Below are positions 23,252 to 35,583 of a stretch of DNA of 64,000 bases, piece after piece. The DNA is from Xylographa opegraphella (Eukaryota): NCBI GenBank assembly GCA_022813865.1, contig JALDZX010000034.1:124001-188000 (forward strand), given 5' to 3'. Under the pieces are notes generated by a model, which saw only the letters and a list, made by a program, of their open reading frames with translations, had not been told where the DNA came from and did no database searches. The translations under genes were made by a program, and so were the position numbers. Every line of letters starts with the position of its first letter. The first letter of the stretch is position 1.

Positions 23252-26200
23252 ATGGCGCCGACTCGGAAGAAGAAGAAGCCTCCTGGCAATCCTGCACGGG
23301 GTTTTGCAACCACATCTGTTGTGTCAAAAGCCAAATTGGTCGTGGACTCGGATGTCGATAGTGACACACCTGCTGCTGTAGACAACAGCGGTGAAAATGA
23401 AGTTGTGCAGCCCGAGAAAGCTCACACTGATCATACCTCGCAGAGAGAACTTCATGAACTTACTCCTGATCAGCTGGAAGCTCAATTGGAGGATTCCGAG
23501 CTGCAGCTTCTGGTCGAGAAGCACGGCGAAAGATCCAAAAAGAATGCTTCACGTCAGGTCACCCGGCTCCAGACTGAGCGTCGACTTCTTCGCTCACAGG
23601 CCCTGCCGCTGAACACGTCACGGTGGCTCCCAGAGGAGCTTTTACAGTTGATTGCTAGCCATGTTGAAATTCGAACTAATGGAGGGCTGTCATCTGCGGC
23701 GGATTTCGCAAGTGGCGCCCCTAGGAAAGCCATTTCTACAGATGACTTGAGCTTGCAGATTTGGTCCTTAAGACGCACTTTGATAGACCTAGGGTTCTTG
23801 GCGTACCGAGTAGAACAGATTATCCATGTTCTGTTACGAGACAAGCGAATGCTGGAGCGGGCTAATGCTAGTAGTAACAAGGAAGGGCTTTGGGGCATCG
23901 ATGAATGCCTAGTTCTCCTTGGGTCGGCTTGTATGACAGACGAACTGCCCAATTATGACACACATCGTACAGAAGCCTTGGAGAGACAGATTCGGAAGGC
24001 CACCCAGCTGCTGGACCCGGGAACTTTTGGTAAGGCTCCCAGTGCTTTGATTTTTATGTAACATCTGCTATATACGAACGCTTTCACTAGTTCTTCCTGT
24101 GAACGGCTAACTCACACAATCCAGATGCCCCGATACCGCCATCATCATCCGGAATCACAACACCTACAGAATCCGCCTCTACATCGAGCGCTGCTGTAGA
24201 GACGTCAGCTGAGCATCCTCCAAAGGCGTTGGTGCCAGAGATTGTTGAAGATGCAGATGATGAGCTAGAGCCACATGAAATTCTAAGCAGATATCTGGAT
24301 CTCAAAACGCGAGTATACGATCGACGGCCAGACCTAACGGAACCTACCGTTCGGAGGGGCAAAGGCGCAAAGAACAAGTCTACGCCAAGCCCAGTGGTTG
24401 AGAAAGCGGATCCAGAGACATTGAAGCTTCTGCGAAGGATACGAAAAATAGAATCTGATATTCTATTCGATCTGGAAGAAGCTCGAGAAAAGTGGTCTGA
24501 CTTACGCCGCACCTTGATACAGCGTGATGTAGAGCGCAGAAAGCTAGGTATCTATCACGAGACAAGTCCTACTTCCGAGATTGCAGTTGCATCGGCGACT
24601 CACGATCTGAATTCAACAGAGACTGCAGATGACTTCGATCCGGAAGCCAGTCTGGAACTAGGGGAATTTTTTGCCTCTTTGCCGGAACAAAGGACTGACA
24701 ACGAGACTGGGCAAAACGCAATGACAGTCATGTCGGTAGATGGTGTCTCGGTGACAGTCAGGGATTTTGGGAAATGGTCTGGCGTAGGGCCGCGGCGTGT
24801 ATTGGAAGAAGCATGCAGAGCAAGGTTCGTTGACATTGGAGTCTCATCCTAGAACTCGATCTGATTCGAAGCAGAGACCCTTCTTCGAAAGTCATCTACT
24901 CGCTTCTACACTCTGCGAGTTTCTCATGCCGGCATTCAGTCACGATCCGATGGTCCAGAGCACAGGATGTGTCTGCTGAAACATCGGTTCCAGGTGTCGT
25001 ACTCCGAGCGGACAGCCGAAACACAAAAGTAGAAATGATAGAGATCTCAACTCCGGACTCTGTCCAATCCGAGGCTTATGTATCTGTGGTCTCACTTTTT
25101 ATTATTTTTGCAGGTTCGCCGAAAGAAGAGAAGACTCATCTACGATTACCCTCTGTTTGGAAAGACCTATGGGACGAGTTTGCTGAAGGACGAAAAGAAC
25201 GGCTTGCGGCGGTCGATCGTGCCGAGCTAAAGGAGATTCGTACAATCATCGAGGCTGTGGAAGAAGAGAACAGAGGCTTGGAGCAGTCTGCTTCGAGTCC
25301 TGGTGAACATGAAGTGGTTGCGGTGCAGGGCATCGATGTCACTTTGACACCACAAACAGGATTTAGTCCTGTCAATCCTGAATCATTGACTATGCTTTGG
25401 GCATCTAAAGCTTCTTCTCCGTTGTATGATAGCATGCTAAAGTCAAGAATGACGTTGCCTATATGGAATTTCAAATCAGAATTATTAGAATCAATTGAAA
25501 CCCATCAAGTTGTTATCATCTGCGGAGAAACAGGTTGCGGGAAGAGCACTCAGGTCCCTGCATACATACTTGAGAGCGAATTGTCCGGGGGTCGGCACTG
25601 CAAAATATACTGCACAGAGCCGCGCCGAATTTCTGCAATATCCCTAGCCCGTCGCGTGAGTGAAGAGCTTGGTGAGAGGGAAAACGATGTAGGGACCTCC
25701 AGGTCTCTTGTTGGGTATGCCATTCGCCTTGAAAGCCAGATCACGCCTCAGACGAGACTCGTGTACGCCACGACGGGGATCGTTATGAGAATGCTGGAAA
25801 GCGGTAACGACCTTCACGAAATCACCCACCTAGTTCTCGACGAGGTACATGAGCGGACAATAGACAGTGACTTTCTGCTCATCGTTCTTCGCAAACTTAT
25901 GGTCCGGCGGCCAGGACTCAAAGTCATTCTCATGTCCGCCACTGTCAATGCAGAACAGTTTTGGAGATATCTCAACGGTGCTCCTGTCTTGACTGTGCCT
26001 GGACGGACCTTTCCGGTGGTAACCAAGTATCTTGAAGACGCCATAGAAGTTACCAACTACGGTAACGCGAAGGGGTCCCCTGAAGTTTTCCCGGATGAAG
26101 ATGAGGATGACGACGTTGACGGCCCATCAAATGCAGCTGTGAAGCCCGACTTGAGCGGTTACAGTGTCAAGACACGTAACACTCTCGCACAGTTCAACGA

Positions 26201-28192
26201 GTACCGCATCGACTACGATCTCGTAACAAGACTATTAGAAACTATCGCGAGAAACCAATCTTACGCCGAATACTCCAAGGCCATTCTTGTCTTCCTGCCA
26301 GGCATCGCGGAAATCAGAGCTCTCAACGACATGCTTGCCGGTCACCCAGCTTTCTCCCACAACTGGTATGTCTATCCAATGCACTCAACGATAGCCACAG
26401 AAGAGCAAGAGAGAGCTTTCCTAGTTCCTCCCAAGGGTACCCGGAAAATCGTGCTCGCCACTAACATCGCAGAAACCGGTATCACCATACCCGATGTCAC
26501 GTGTGTCATCGATACAGGCAAACACAAGGAGATGAGGTGCTGTATTTCCTTTTCTTTCACTTGTCATATAGTCGTTAATCAGTCATCTTGCAGATTCGAC
26601 GAGAGACGACAACTATCGAAACTCCTGGAGTCTTTCATATCACGTGCAAACGCAAAACAACGACGTGGACGAGCCGGCCGTGTGCAAAACGGTCTCTGCT
26701 TCCACCTCTTCACCAAATCTCGTCACGACAATCTCGTACGTGATAGTGGGGCCATCGAGCATTCCGTTTCCGAGGCTACTAACATCAAGTGCAGATGGTC
26801 GAGCAGCAAACCCCCGAGATGCTCCGGCTCTCCCTCCAAGACCTTGTCCTCCGCGTCAAGATCTGCAAGCTTGGCAGCATCGAGCAGACATTAGCAGAAG
26901 CTCTCGATCCTCCCTTATCGAAGAACATCAGGCGTGCAATCGATTCCCTTGTAGATGTGAAAGCTCTCACGAGTGGAGAAGACCTCACGCCACTGGGCAG
27001 ACAGCTCGCCAAGTTGCCTCTTGATGTCTTCCTTGGGAAGCTGATATTGCTGGGGAGTCTCTTCAGCTGTTTGGACGCAGCTCTTACCATCGCGGCTATC
27101 CTCTCTTCCAAATCGCCGTTCTCGGTACCAATGGGAGCGCGCGCACAAGCGGACCTGGCACGGTTGGCTTTCAAGAAAGGTATACAAGTCTTAGGAAAAA
27201 TTCCACAACCGTGAACTGACACAACACAGGTGATTCAGACTTGCTCACGGTCTACAACGCATACTGCGCATGGAGACGTGTCTGCAGGAGCACTGGCAAC
27301 TCCGAGTACCAGTTCTGCCGCAAGAACTTCCTAAGCCCACAAACACTTTCGAACATCGAAGATCTCAAGGCGCAGCTCACAACCGCGCTGGTAGATGCTG
27401 GCTTTCTGTCACTGGACGACGAAGGGAAAGCTGCTCTCAACCGGTACTTTGCACACAATATCTCCATGCTATGCTACCGTCTAATGTCCCCCAGTGCTCG
27501 CTTCTACTCCCGACAACGACACTTTGTAGAGATCCCGCCCACGCACGACATCAACGCTTCCAACGAGCTGGTGATCAACTCCATCATCGCATGGAGCTTC
27601 TACCCCAAGCTTCTCGTCCGTGACGGAAAGGGGTGGCGGAACGTCGCGAATAACCAATCCGTGAGCCTGTACCCGACTTCGGTCAACAAGGGAGTCGGCA
27701 ATCCGCCGAAATGGCTGTCTTTCTACCACATCATGCAGTCCAGCAACAAGTAAGTCCGCGAAACTCCTTCGGTAAGGGGGGGGGACAATGTGCGGGTACT
27801 GACACGCTCGTCTCGCCTCAGGTTCTACAATGCCCACGAAACCAGTGCGGTCGAAGACTTCGCTATTGCTTTGGTCTGTGGGGAAGCTGACTTCAAGGTA
27901 CGCCTCCCCTTGCCCTTCGATGTAGTACACTCGTAGTCTGTAGGCCGAACACCGCTCATGTATGTAGATGTACTCGGGCGTCATAGTGATCGATGGCAAC
28001 CGCCTTCGGTTCTCGCTGGATAGTTGGAAGGTCATGCTCGCTCTGAAAACGCTTCGGACTCGTCTTCGGGAGATCATGACACAGGCATTCCGGTCTCCCG
28101 GGCGAGCGCTGTCTCGGGAGCAACAGCTGTGGTTTGATGTCTGGCAACGAATCTTCGCTCAAGAGGTCATAAAGGGGTTGCCCGTAGTATAG
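23252..28192 (+). CDS. DEAH/RHA-family RNA helicase, DHX29/DHX36/DHX57-like; introns 24030-24124, 24825-24874, 26537-26593, 26736-26794, 27180-27229, 27444-27494, 27750-27821, 27898-27967
   Basis: [40 protein letters not shown] motifs, then HA2 (LTPLGRQLAKLPLD) and OB-fold regions; N-terminus MAPTRKKKKPPGNPARGFATTS. Confidence 0.9.
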
Positions 28193-28630
28193 ATTATTGT
28201 ATCATCACTGAATGCCATAGACATAGGAATAAGGCATTTAGACACCTATTTTTGCTAATAACTTAACTCGTTCTCAAATTCCCGCATGAACCGCGATTGC
28301 CGCGCTGGTTAGGGCGCACAATCGTACATTTATTAGAGACCAAACACCCTCACCCTCCTCCTCCTCAACCACATCATCCTTTCATATCAGGACGTTGCCA
28401 CCACGAGCAACTGCTGCATAAGGGTACAGTAGAGCCTGCAACACTCCTAATCAACGCTGACGACGGTCTTCAGGAAATCTTCGCACCTTCAAGCACGCGA
28501 AGATCACTGTCTCTCGGCACACTTCGTGAACTTCTTCATCTTCACCTGTAAGACCTGATAGAGGTCTGCATCAGGCCTCCGATATAGCATCGTGTGAGTT
28601 GACGCTGACCATTCCTGTAGTCTTGAAACG

Positions 28631-29818
28631 ATGATGTTCCGTTTCAAGAAACATAAAAATGCCTCGAAAGCGTCGCTGAGGGGCCAGATCGTGGCCGAAC
28701 CACGCTTTGCTGAGGAGATCGGCAAGTCTCGCCTCGAGCATCTCGTCGTGGTGAGGTTCACGATCGAAGGGGGCCGCCGCAAGGGAGGCTCAAAGGCCGG
28801 GCTCTTGTATGAGCCACGATCCATTCTGCTGGAGATGATAGGATCCGACCTCCCAACTATTCTGGCGCTCCGTCGAACGAGCTCAACGATGGAGCAATTT
28901 GTGGAGTCGAAGATCCAGAAGCACCTTCAGGAGAAGTTTCAGACCCTGGATATCGTATATCCGCTGCAGATACAACAGGGTCCGAGTCTTATGACTTTTG
29001 GACAACGCCTCAACTTGATCGGAGAATATGTAAAGAAACTGAATGTAACGGTGATGCCAAGCCGCATGGAGGCCAATTGTCTTCAAACGGTTAAAGATGT
29101 TGAGTCAAAGAAGAGTTATTGGCACGAGGTCTCAGAGAGGGAGTTCTTCTGTAAAAACATAGCTGCGAGCGATTATGCAGCGAGTTTCGAGACAGTGCTT
29201 CGCTCATTGCCTTCCCTGAAACGTATCGAAGTCATCCTGGCAATCTCTGACCAGAAAGACCTGGTAAATGAATCTGCTGTGTCTGCAGGCGAGACGTGGT
29301 ACTGGTGCCCCTTGTTCGACGAGTGGCCAGCTCCTCAAAATGAAGCGGGCACGCCCGCTGTGACACATCTTTTACCAGTCATGGAAATTCGGTTTGCCCT
29401 GGACCTTTGGCGCCCGGCCAAATTGAAGGTGGTAACGCTCACGAACCTCACTTTTGCAGGTCTACTGGCTGTAAGCCATGACGCTCTTTGGAGAATGAGA
29501 GTGACCAAAGATGCCACTGCAGTAGATCCGCTGGCTAAAGTAAAGCCTTTCTGGGGGTATATGAAGGCCGTCGAGGTCAACATGATCGCGTACTGGGAGC
29601 TGAACAAGCAACCCGGCGAATACCTCGTGAAGAAACATGGCCAGGCCTACAATCTTGGTATGGTCATATTGTCCAGATGGATCGAGAAGATGGATTGTAC
29701 GAAGATGACATGGAGCGATCTTACAATTGCTACAGCGAACGACGTGACGGCCGAGGTGAAACTGACTGGATTTTCTCCTACCAAAGGCCCTGGCCTCTTT
29801 CGTTTATTCTGGTACTGA
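28631..29818 (+). CDS. Hypothetical protein, 395 aa, no recognised domain
   Basis: Long ATG-started ORF with ordinary globular amino-acid composition; possible 5'UTR intron GTAAGA(28548)...GCTGAC..TAG(28620). Confidence 0.6.
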   Translation: MMFRFKKHKNASKASLRGQIVAEPRFAEEIGKSRLEHLVVVRFTIEGGRRKGGSKAGLLYEPRSILLEMIGSDLPTILALRRTSSTMEQFVESKIQKHLQEKFQTLDIVYPLQIQQGPSLMTFGQRLNLIGEYVKKLNVTVMPSRMEANCLQTVKDVESKKSYWHEVSEREFFCKNIAASDYAASFETVLRSLPSLKRIEVILAISDQKDLVNESAVSAGETWYWCPLFDEWPAPQNEAGTPAVTHLLPVMEIRFALDLWRPAKLKVVTLTNLTFAGLLAVSHDALWRMRVTKDATAVDPLAKVKPFWGYMKAVEVNMIAYWELNKQPGEYLVKKHGQAYNLGMVILSRWIEKMDCTKMTWSDLTIATANDVTAEVKLTGFSPTKGPGLFRLFWY

Positions 29819-30695
29819 TGAGGCGATTTCGAGGATCCTGGCAGCTTTGTGCCTTACGGATCTCCAACTGGATTGCTAAGGGTGATATTGGTGGCGTGGA
29901 AGATGGTGGTCCTTGTGAGTGGAATTCGAAAGAATTGAGGTCATAACAACGGGACTGATTATTGTGCGTTCAGGCCTGACGTTGGACTTCATCCGACAAG
30001 CGCAAGCGATTAGCCGCCAAAGACGCCCAGCAGCTTCCATTTACGATTTTTGATTCTTCTTGCTTGCACCACATCTGGATTTCAGGCTTCCTGTACTTTC
30101 GTACAGCGTTTTAATAGAGACACTTTGCTACGGACCCATTGAGGATAGGTGGCTAGTGCTTCGCACACCTCATGGATGGCGATCAATCGCCACCCGTTGC
30201 GTTATCACGAATGCCACCATTCTGGGTTTTGCAGTTATCCCCGCACGATACTGGGCGATACAATCATACAGCATGCTACTACTGCGAGTTATTGGTTTTC
30301 ATAGTCGAAGTCACAATGACAATCGACTTCATTGCAAGTATGTCCAGTGTCTAAAGTGAACATGTGTGAAACTGCTGAGGCACTTGAACGTGGCTGTAGC
30401 TTGAAAAAGTCCATGAAATTTCAACAAGACATGGAATACTCCCAAACACCCAATACCAGCGGCCGTTGTACATTCCAGGGAATTCATCCAAATCACCACC
30501 GAATGCTTGTCCATCTGTCTCCCCCCCAATCCTACCAGCCATGCACCTCCCCTCGACGAAACCATCCCGATGCATACCCCTTCTGCCATTCTATGCCATC
30601 ATCCCAATGCACATGCTATGCCCATGCTTCCTTGCCCTCCCATACAGGTGCCATGCCCAACACCATCCAAACTTCCTTTCCATACTTCATCCCAT

Positions 30696-31870
30696 TCACT
30701 TACATACATCAGTATCCACAATATCCATTGCCTCTTCTTTTCCTTTCTCTTTCTCCTCAGCCATTGCACCGCCTTTCTTGAATATCCCGTACACACTCTT
30801 CACTCCGTGCGGGCCGATCGAAGTGTTCGCAAAGCCAGCCTCTGGAAGGCGTTTGCCGGCTTTGACGCTTTCAAGGACCCTGAGGGTCAGAAGCACACGT
30901 TAGCCACAGTCACAGCGTGAATCAAGGAACTCAGACTCCATGTTTCATCACAAGCAAGACGAAAGGCACAAACTCACCACTCTACACCCACATACTTCAC
31001 CCCTTTGCCCCCAACCCTCCTCACCTCTTTCTCGATTTTCCCCGCCGCCAATCCTCCCCCCGCGCCTCCTCTTCCCGGTCCCGCATTCCCTTTTCCCAGC
31101 ACCACGTGCGTGACCCTCCGCCTGCCCAGCGCGATGGCAACGTTTGCGCCATGCTCGACGAGGAGGTATTTAAGATGGTGGTCCGAGATCAAGGGAGCGG
31201 TGGAGCCGTTGATGTAGATGGTCAAGGAGGCGAAGATGGGCCGCGGGGGAGGATTAGGACTGGCTAAGATTGAGCCTGGCATCGAGGCCGATAGGCCCGT
31301 GGATGTGGACCGAGACGCTGTGGGAAACGCCTGCGAGGCGATCGCGCAGATGGCTTCCTCGGGGATCTCTGCAAGCGGATCCTCCTCCGCCGCCCTTTGG
31401 CGCTTCAGCACCGGCTCGGCCTCTGTCAACGCCCTTGTCTCCGAACCAGTTTCTTCTTCCCTTGCCTGCCTGCTCCCCAGCAGTACCTTCCCCTCCACCC
31501 CGTCCGGCCTCTTTCCGACCTTGACCCCCAACATCTGCCCCACATCTCCCATGCCCTTCACACCCGCCATTCCCCTCGCGCTCCTCACACTGTCATCCCA
31601 GCTCCCATTCTCCTTCCAACCATCCCTGCCGAAACCATTACTCCCGGCTCCGACCGTATCGTAGAGCCTCTTGCCCCCTCCGCCGGCGTGCACGTCCCCC
31701 AACGCGGCGTGTCCACTGCCGAACTGCTCGGACAGCTTGCGCGAGCGGGAGTCGCGCCACGAGACGGTGCCGGCGAGGCGGGAGGGGCAGGTCTGGTGGC
31801 CGGTGGAGGAGGAGTTGTAAGGATCGAAGGTGGGGTGGAGGGGGGTGGCGGCGGGAAGGACTTTGCCCAT
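30696..31870 (-). CDS. Small BRCT-domain protein (Rev1-type BRCT); exons 31870-30978, 30879-30696
   Basis: IFASLTIYINGST...LKYLLVEHGA...VTHVVL...VGVEW|VLESVKAGKRLPE is a BRCT fold pattern; intron GTGAGT..GCTAAC..CAG restores W-V-L-E-S. Confidence 0.85.
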
Positions 31871-31900
31871 GATGGATCAGATCGGGAAGGTTTGGAAGGA

Positions 31901-31970
31901 GAAAGAGAGAGGAAGAGAGAGGAAGAGAGAGGAAGAGAGAGGAAGAGAGAGGAAGAGAGAGGAAGAGAGA
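31901..31970. repeat. 10-bp tandem repeat (GGAAGAGAGA) x7
   Basis: Six perfect plus one variant copy, 30 bp upstream of the BRCT gene ATG. Confidence 0.95.
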
Positions 31971-33410
31971 GCAAGGGAGGAAGGGAGGGAGGGAGAAAGA
32001 GAGAGGGCCGAGAGGAAGTCGAATCAGACGAGAGCAAAGAAAGCATCCATTCGGTGCCCTAGTGGGACAATGTTGTAGGTTACAGTACTATCCTCTTGTC
32101 GTCCCGAAACGCGCTTCCGTGAAGCTTTGTTCAACCACAAGCAGTATTGGCCGAGTGCAGAAGTACGGACACTTTCGTGTAATAACTCTCCGGGGAAGGG
32201 CAAATGCAGAGCAGGAACTGCCTTCGAAGCGCTCGGAGACAAAGTGGCTTCGCTTCGCGAAATGGTTGCCACGCTTGTTCGCTGCTTTGCCACACTGCCA
32301 TGCTCGATGGACCAGTCTACCTACGGATGACCTCCATACCTCGCTCAATTCGCCATAACGCTTGGAGGAGTAGAAGCATCGTCGTGATTGCTGCTGACTG
32401 GAATCGCGGAGTGCCTCGGCTGCTTTTCTCCCTTTGCATTCTTACATACGTCCATCCAAGCCTATTTTCGTCCTTTCAACAACGCAGGGTTGTTCCTGCA
32501 TAAGGTACTGCACGCATTTCATGCTACCACGCATTAGAGCGGCGTAAGGTACGTAGACACATGCCCCTTACTGCATAGGACACTGGCTAGTAGCAGGGCA
32601 CGCATGCAAGGAGTGACTCGAGGCGAGCTCTGGAATACCCACAATCTACCCTCTGTCATGTGCTTTCGAAGCAGTATGAATTGCTACCTCGTTCGCTAGA
32701 TAGCTACGTATAATAGTGGCTAAATATCTGAAGCCTGTGCGGCAACTCCTGATTCGAAATAGAAGAGATGAAAGAAAATATCCCAGCAGATCCGTCGATC
32801 AGTTTCTCGAGCTCTAAAAAGCTCAATGCATCCGACAACGCTTCAACGCTGTCATGTCATTCCGTTCACATCATCCCCGACCTGGTTTCGTCAAAGGTCT
32901 TTTTTTTAGTGCCACAGCAAAGAAGAGGAATAGTAAGGAAATGTAATGTACTGGTGGTGGTTTGACCACCAAGACCGTTTCCATCCGTCGTACAAATCGG
33001 GAACGGGGACCCTTCCCCGATCCAACCCGAGTCATAATCATCACACCCCTCGTGATTTCCAAGAGGCGGAGTCGCTAAGAAGAATCGAAAGTCGTGTCGT
33101 GAAAGTCGTTATGGATGCAGCGTTAGGGATCGAAATCGCGGCAAAGGTCGTAAGCTTTAGAAGATCTTTGAGATTTTAGGGGACAGTGTAGAGATGATGA
33201 TCAATAGTTATCCTGATGCAGCAGTAGCATCCCTGCCTCGGATGTCGTCGAAGTTGACAATGTGGAAAGAGATCAGTGCATAATGACATTATGTAAGCTC
33301 GCTGCGTTAGGGTCGTCAGATGATATCGCGGTTCAAGGACTCGGGACTTCGTCGCAACTTTCATGAACTGGCGCAGAATCGACAAAGACATGTGGAAGGC
33401 GGGGGCTCCA

Positions 33411-35583
33411 TCATCGTGCCCGCTGTACAAGGTTGTTCCGCGGCCTACTCAAAGGTCGTCCGTCGCGGTCAAACGATGTACTGGTCGGAGTACTTATGCT
33501 GCCTTCCCGACCAGTTTTGCGGCGCTTGAGGCTATCCATTCCATCTCCACCGCTGTTGGGACGGGTGTGCTCCTGATCGTCCTCTTCACGCCCACGTTTG
33601 CCTGAACCGTTGAGGGCAGATGGTGCATAGACAGGCTGTAGAGGTGCGGAGGCATACGCATCGCTGGGATTACCATTCGTGGAACTGCGAGCATCGCTCA
33701 TCACATTGTAGAGGTTGCTCGACGGAGGTGCGCGAGGTGGTGTGTTGTAACCAGGCGCCCATTGTGGCTGTGAGACGGACGAGGTTCGTGGCGTGCCTCG
33801 ACCCGAGCCGTTGGCATGGGGAGATCCGTTGACGGTCTCAGGGGAGAGGTGAGGATGCTCTCCGTGCAACGGCCCGAGGCTCGAACCGGTATTGTAAGTG
33901 TATGGACCACGGTTGGCATTGTAAGCAGCAGTACTGTCATGTGCGTACTCGGTGTCGTGCTCATGTTCTGCTTCCTCCTCACCCGTCCCATGGCCCACTT
34001 GCTCGTTTCCCTGGCTGTGTGTGTATGGATCGGATTTGATGTCTCCGTGTTCCCCGTCGGTTCCCGAGCCGGTTGTCCTCGAAGTTGGTGGACCCATTTC
34101 GTTCTTCATGTATGGGTTCGATTGCATCGGCGGTCCGAATCGGGCGAGATTGTGCTGGGCTATGTTCTGCTGAGAAGGGTACTGCGGTTGTGGCTGCGGC
34201 GCAGCGGAATACATTGGCCTCGACGCATCATACGATTGCTGATTCGAATAAGGTTGCATATTGTGTAGGGAATTCCCTGGCGGTGTAGTGGCCGGGGTGG
34301 TGGGCATGGAACGAGTGTTACTCAGGCCGGTGTCGATCGAGAGTGGCTGCGGTGGTTGGACATGTGCATTCATCTGTTGCGATTCCCAACCGTACGAGCT
34401 TGCTTGATTGCCGATGATGCTTGACGCGCTGGTGGGCGGAGTTGGGAACGTATGCGCCCTGTCCAGACCAGGTCGTCCGACACCCGGGTGGGGAGCGATC
34501 GATGGTGCGGTTTGAGGGTTCATCTGGCCGTTCATCGAGTGATGATGGTGCAATGCGGGTGGCTGCGATCCCGCCGGCCCCAGCAGAGCCTGCTGCTGTT
34601 GTAGTTTGTCTTGCATCTTTCGACGCTCTGCCGCTTGCATCACCAGGTTCGTCCGGTTCGAGTTTGTAGGATGATAAAGTAAAGCTCCAATATTGTGTAC
34701 GAATAATGGATACAAGAGTTCAGTAATCTTCTCTCTATTCGCAAAGTCTAGCGCACGTTCAAACGGAATCCTGCTCCACATCAGGATCACGCACGGAAGG
34801 GAGGAACGAGTCTTCATACCAAACGCCTTTCAGATGCATAGGTCCAATTTTGACCACATGGCGCAGCTTTTCGCTTTTCAATATCCCATCACGGCGCCCT
34901 CGAGTCATGCCAGCGACGTTGAGGAGCTTGGTGCCGTTGATCATGTGATTATCTGCCCGACTTTGTCAGTTGTGTACTGGCGATAGTAAGATGGACCCGG
35001 GGCAACGGCGCGAGATCGTGTAGCTGCATAAATGCAGGGTCGGGTTCCTACCTTCTCGTCGTGCGACGCAGACGCCCTTGGCTTCCACTTGAAAGCACAA
35101 ACTACCCTCGTCTTCCCACAAAGTCGCAGTCACTCGAGGTTTCATCCCTGGTGGAGCATTCTGCCCAGTCGTGTCGTACGTTGTTTGCTGTGGATAAGCT
35201 TGAGCGGGATTGCCATGCGCGCCATAGCTGTGCTGTGTGTGATTTGCGACGGGCATCGCTGGGAATATGTTAGCCACCGTGTGCCGATTCCAATAGATGT
35301 CGAGGGACTTTGTACTTGGCAAGGGAAGTAATTGCGTGTTATTCATCTGGGGAGCTGACGCAGGTTGTCCGGTGCTTTGCGGCGATGTCACTCCGGTCGG
35401 ATACCCATACTGGGTGTATGAAGTGGTTGGCGCGTACGACCCGTGCACGGGTTGCAAAGACGGAGCTTGCTGGTATTGTGGAAAATGTGCCATTCCACCA
35501 CTCGTTTGAGATTGCGGCGCATACGAAGGCCCGCCCGACATGTGGGAGTGCTGCGAGTCTAGGTACGGCTGATTCGGATTCAT
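33411..35583 (-). CDS. stuA: APSES transcription factor StuA/Asm-1; exons 35583-35316, 35258-35052, 34952-34820, 34770-33411 (possible N-terminal extension, see findings)
   Basis: APSES domain [100 protein letters not shown] and [12 protein letters not shown] motifs. Confidence 0.97.

Noticed and set aside
24030..24124. Possible stwintron or micro-exon in helicase intron 1 (internal CACTAG acceptor at 24090)
   Set aside because: The remaining outer intron would be only ~35 nt and the frame would not match the downstream ORF; a single 95-nt intron explains it.
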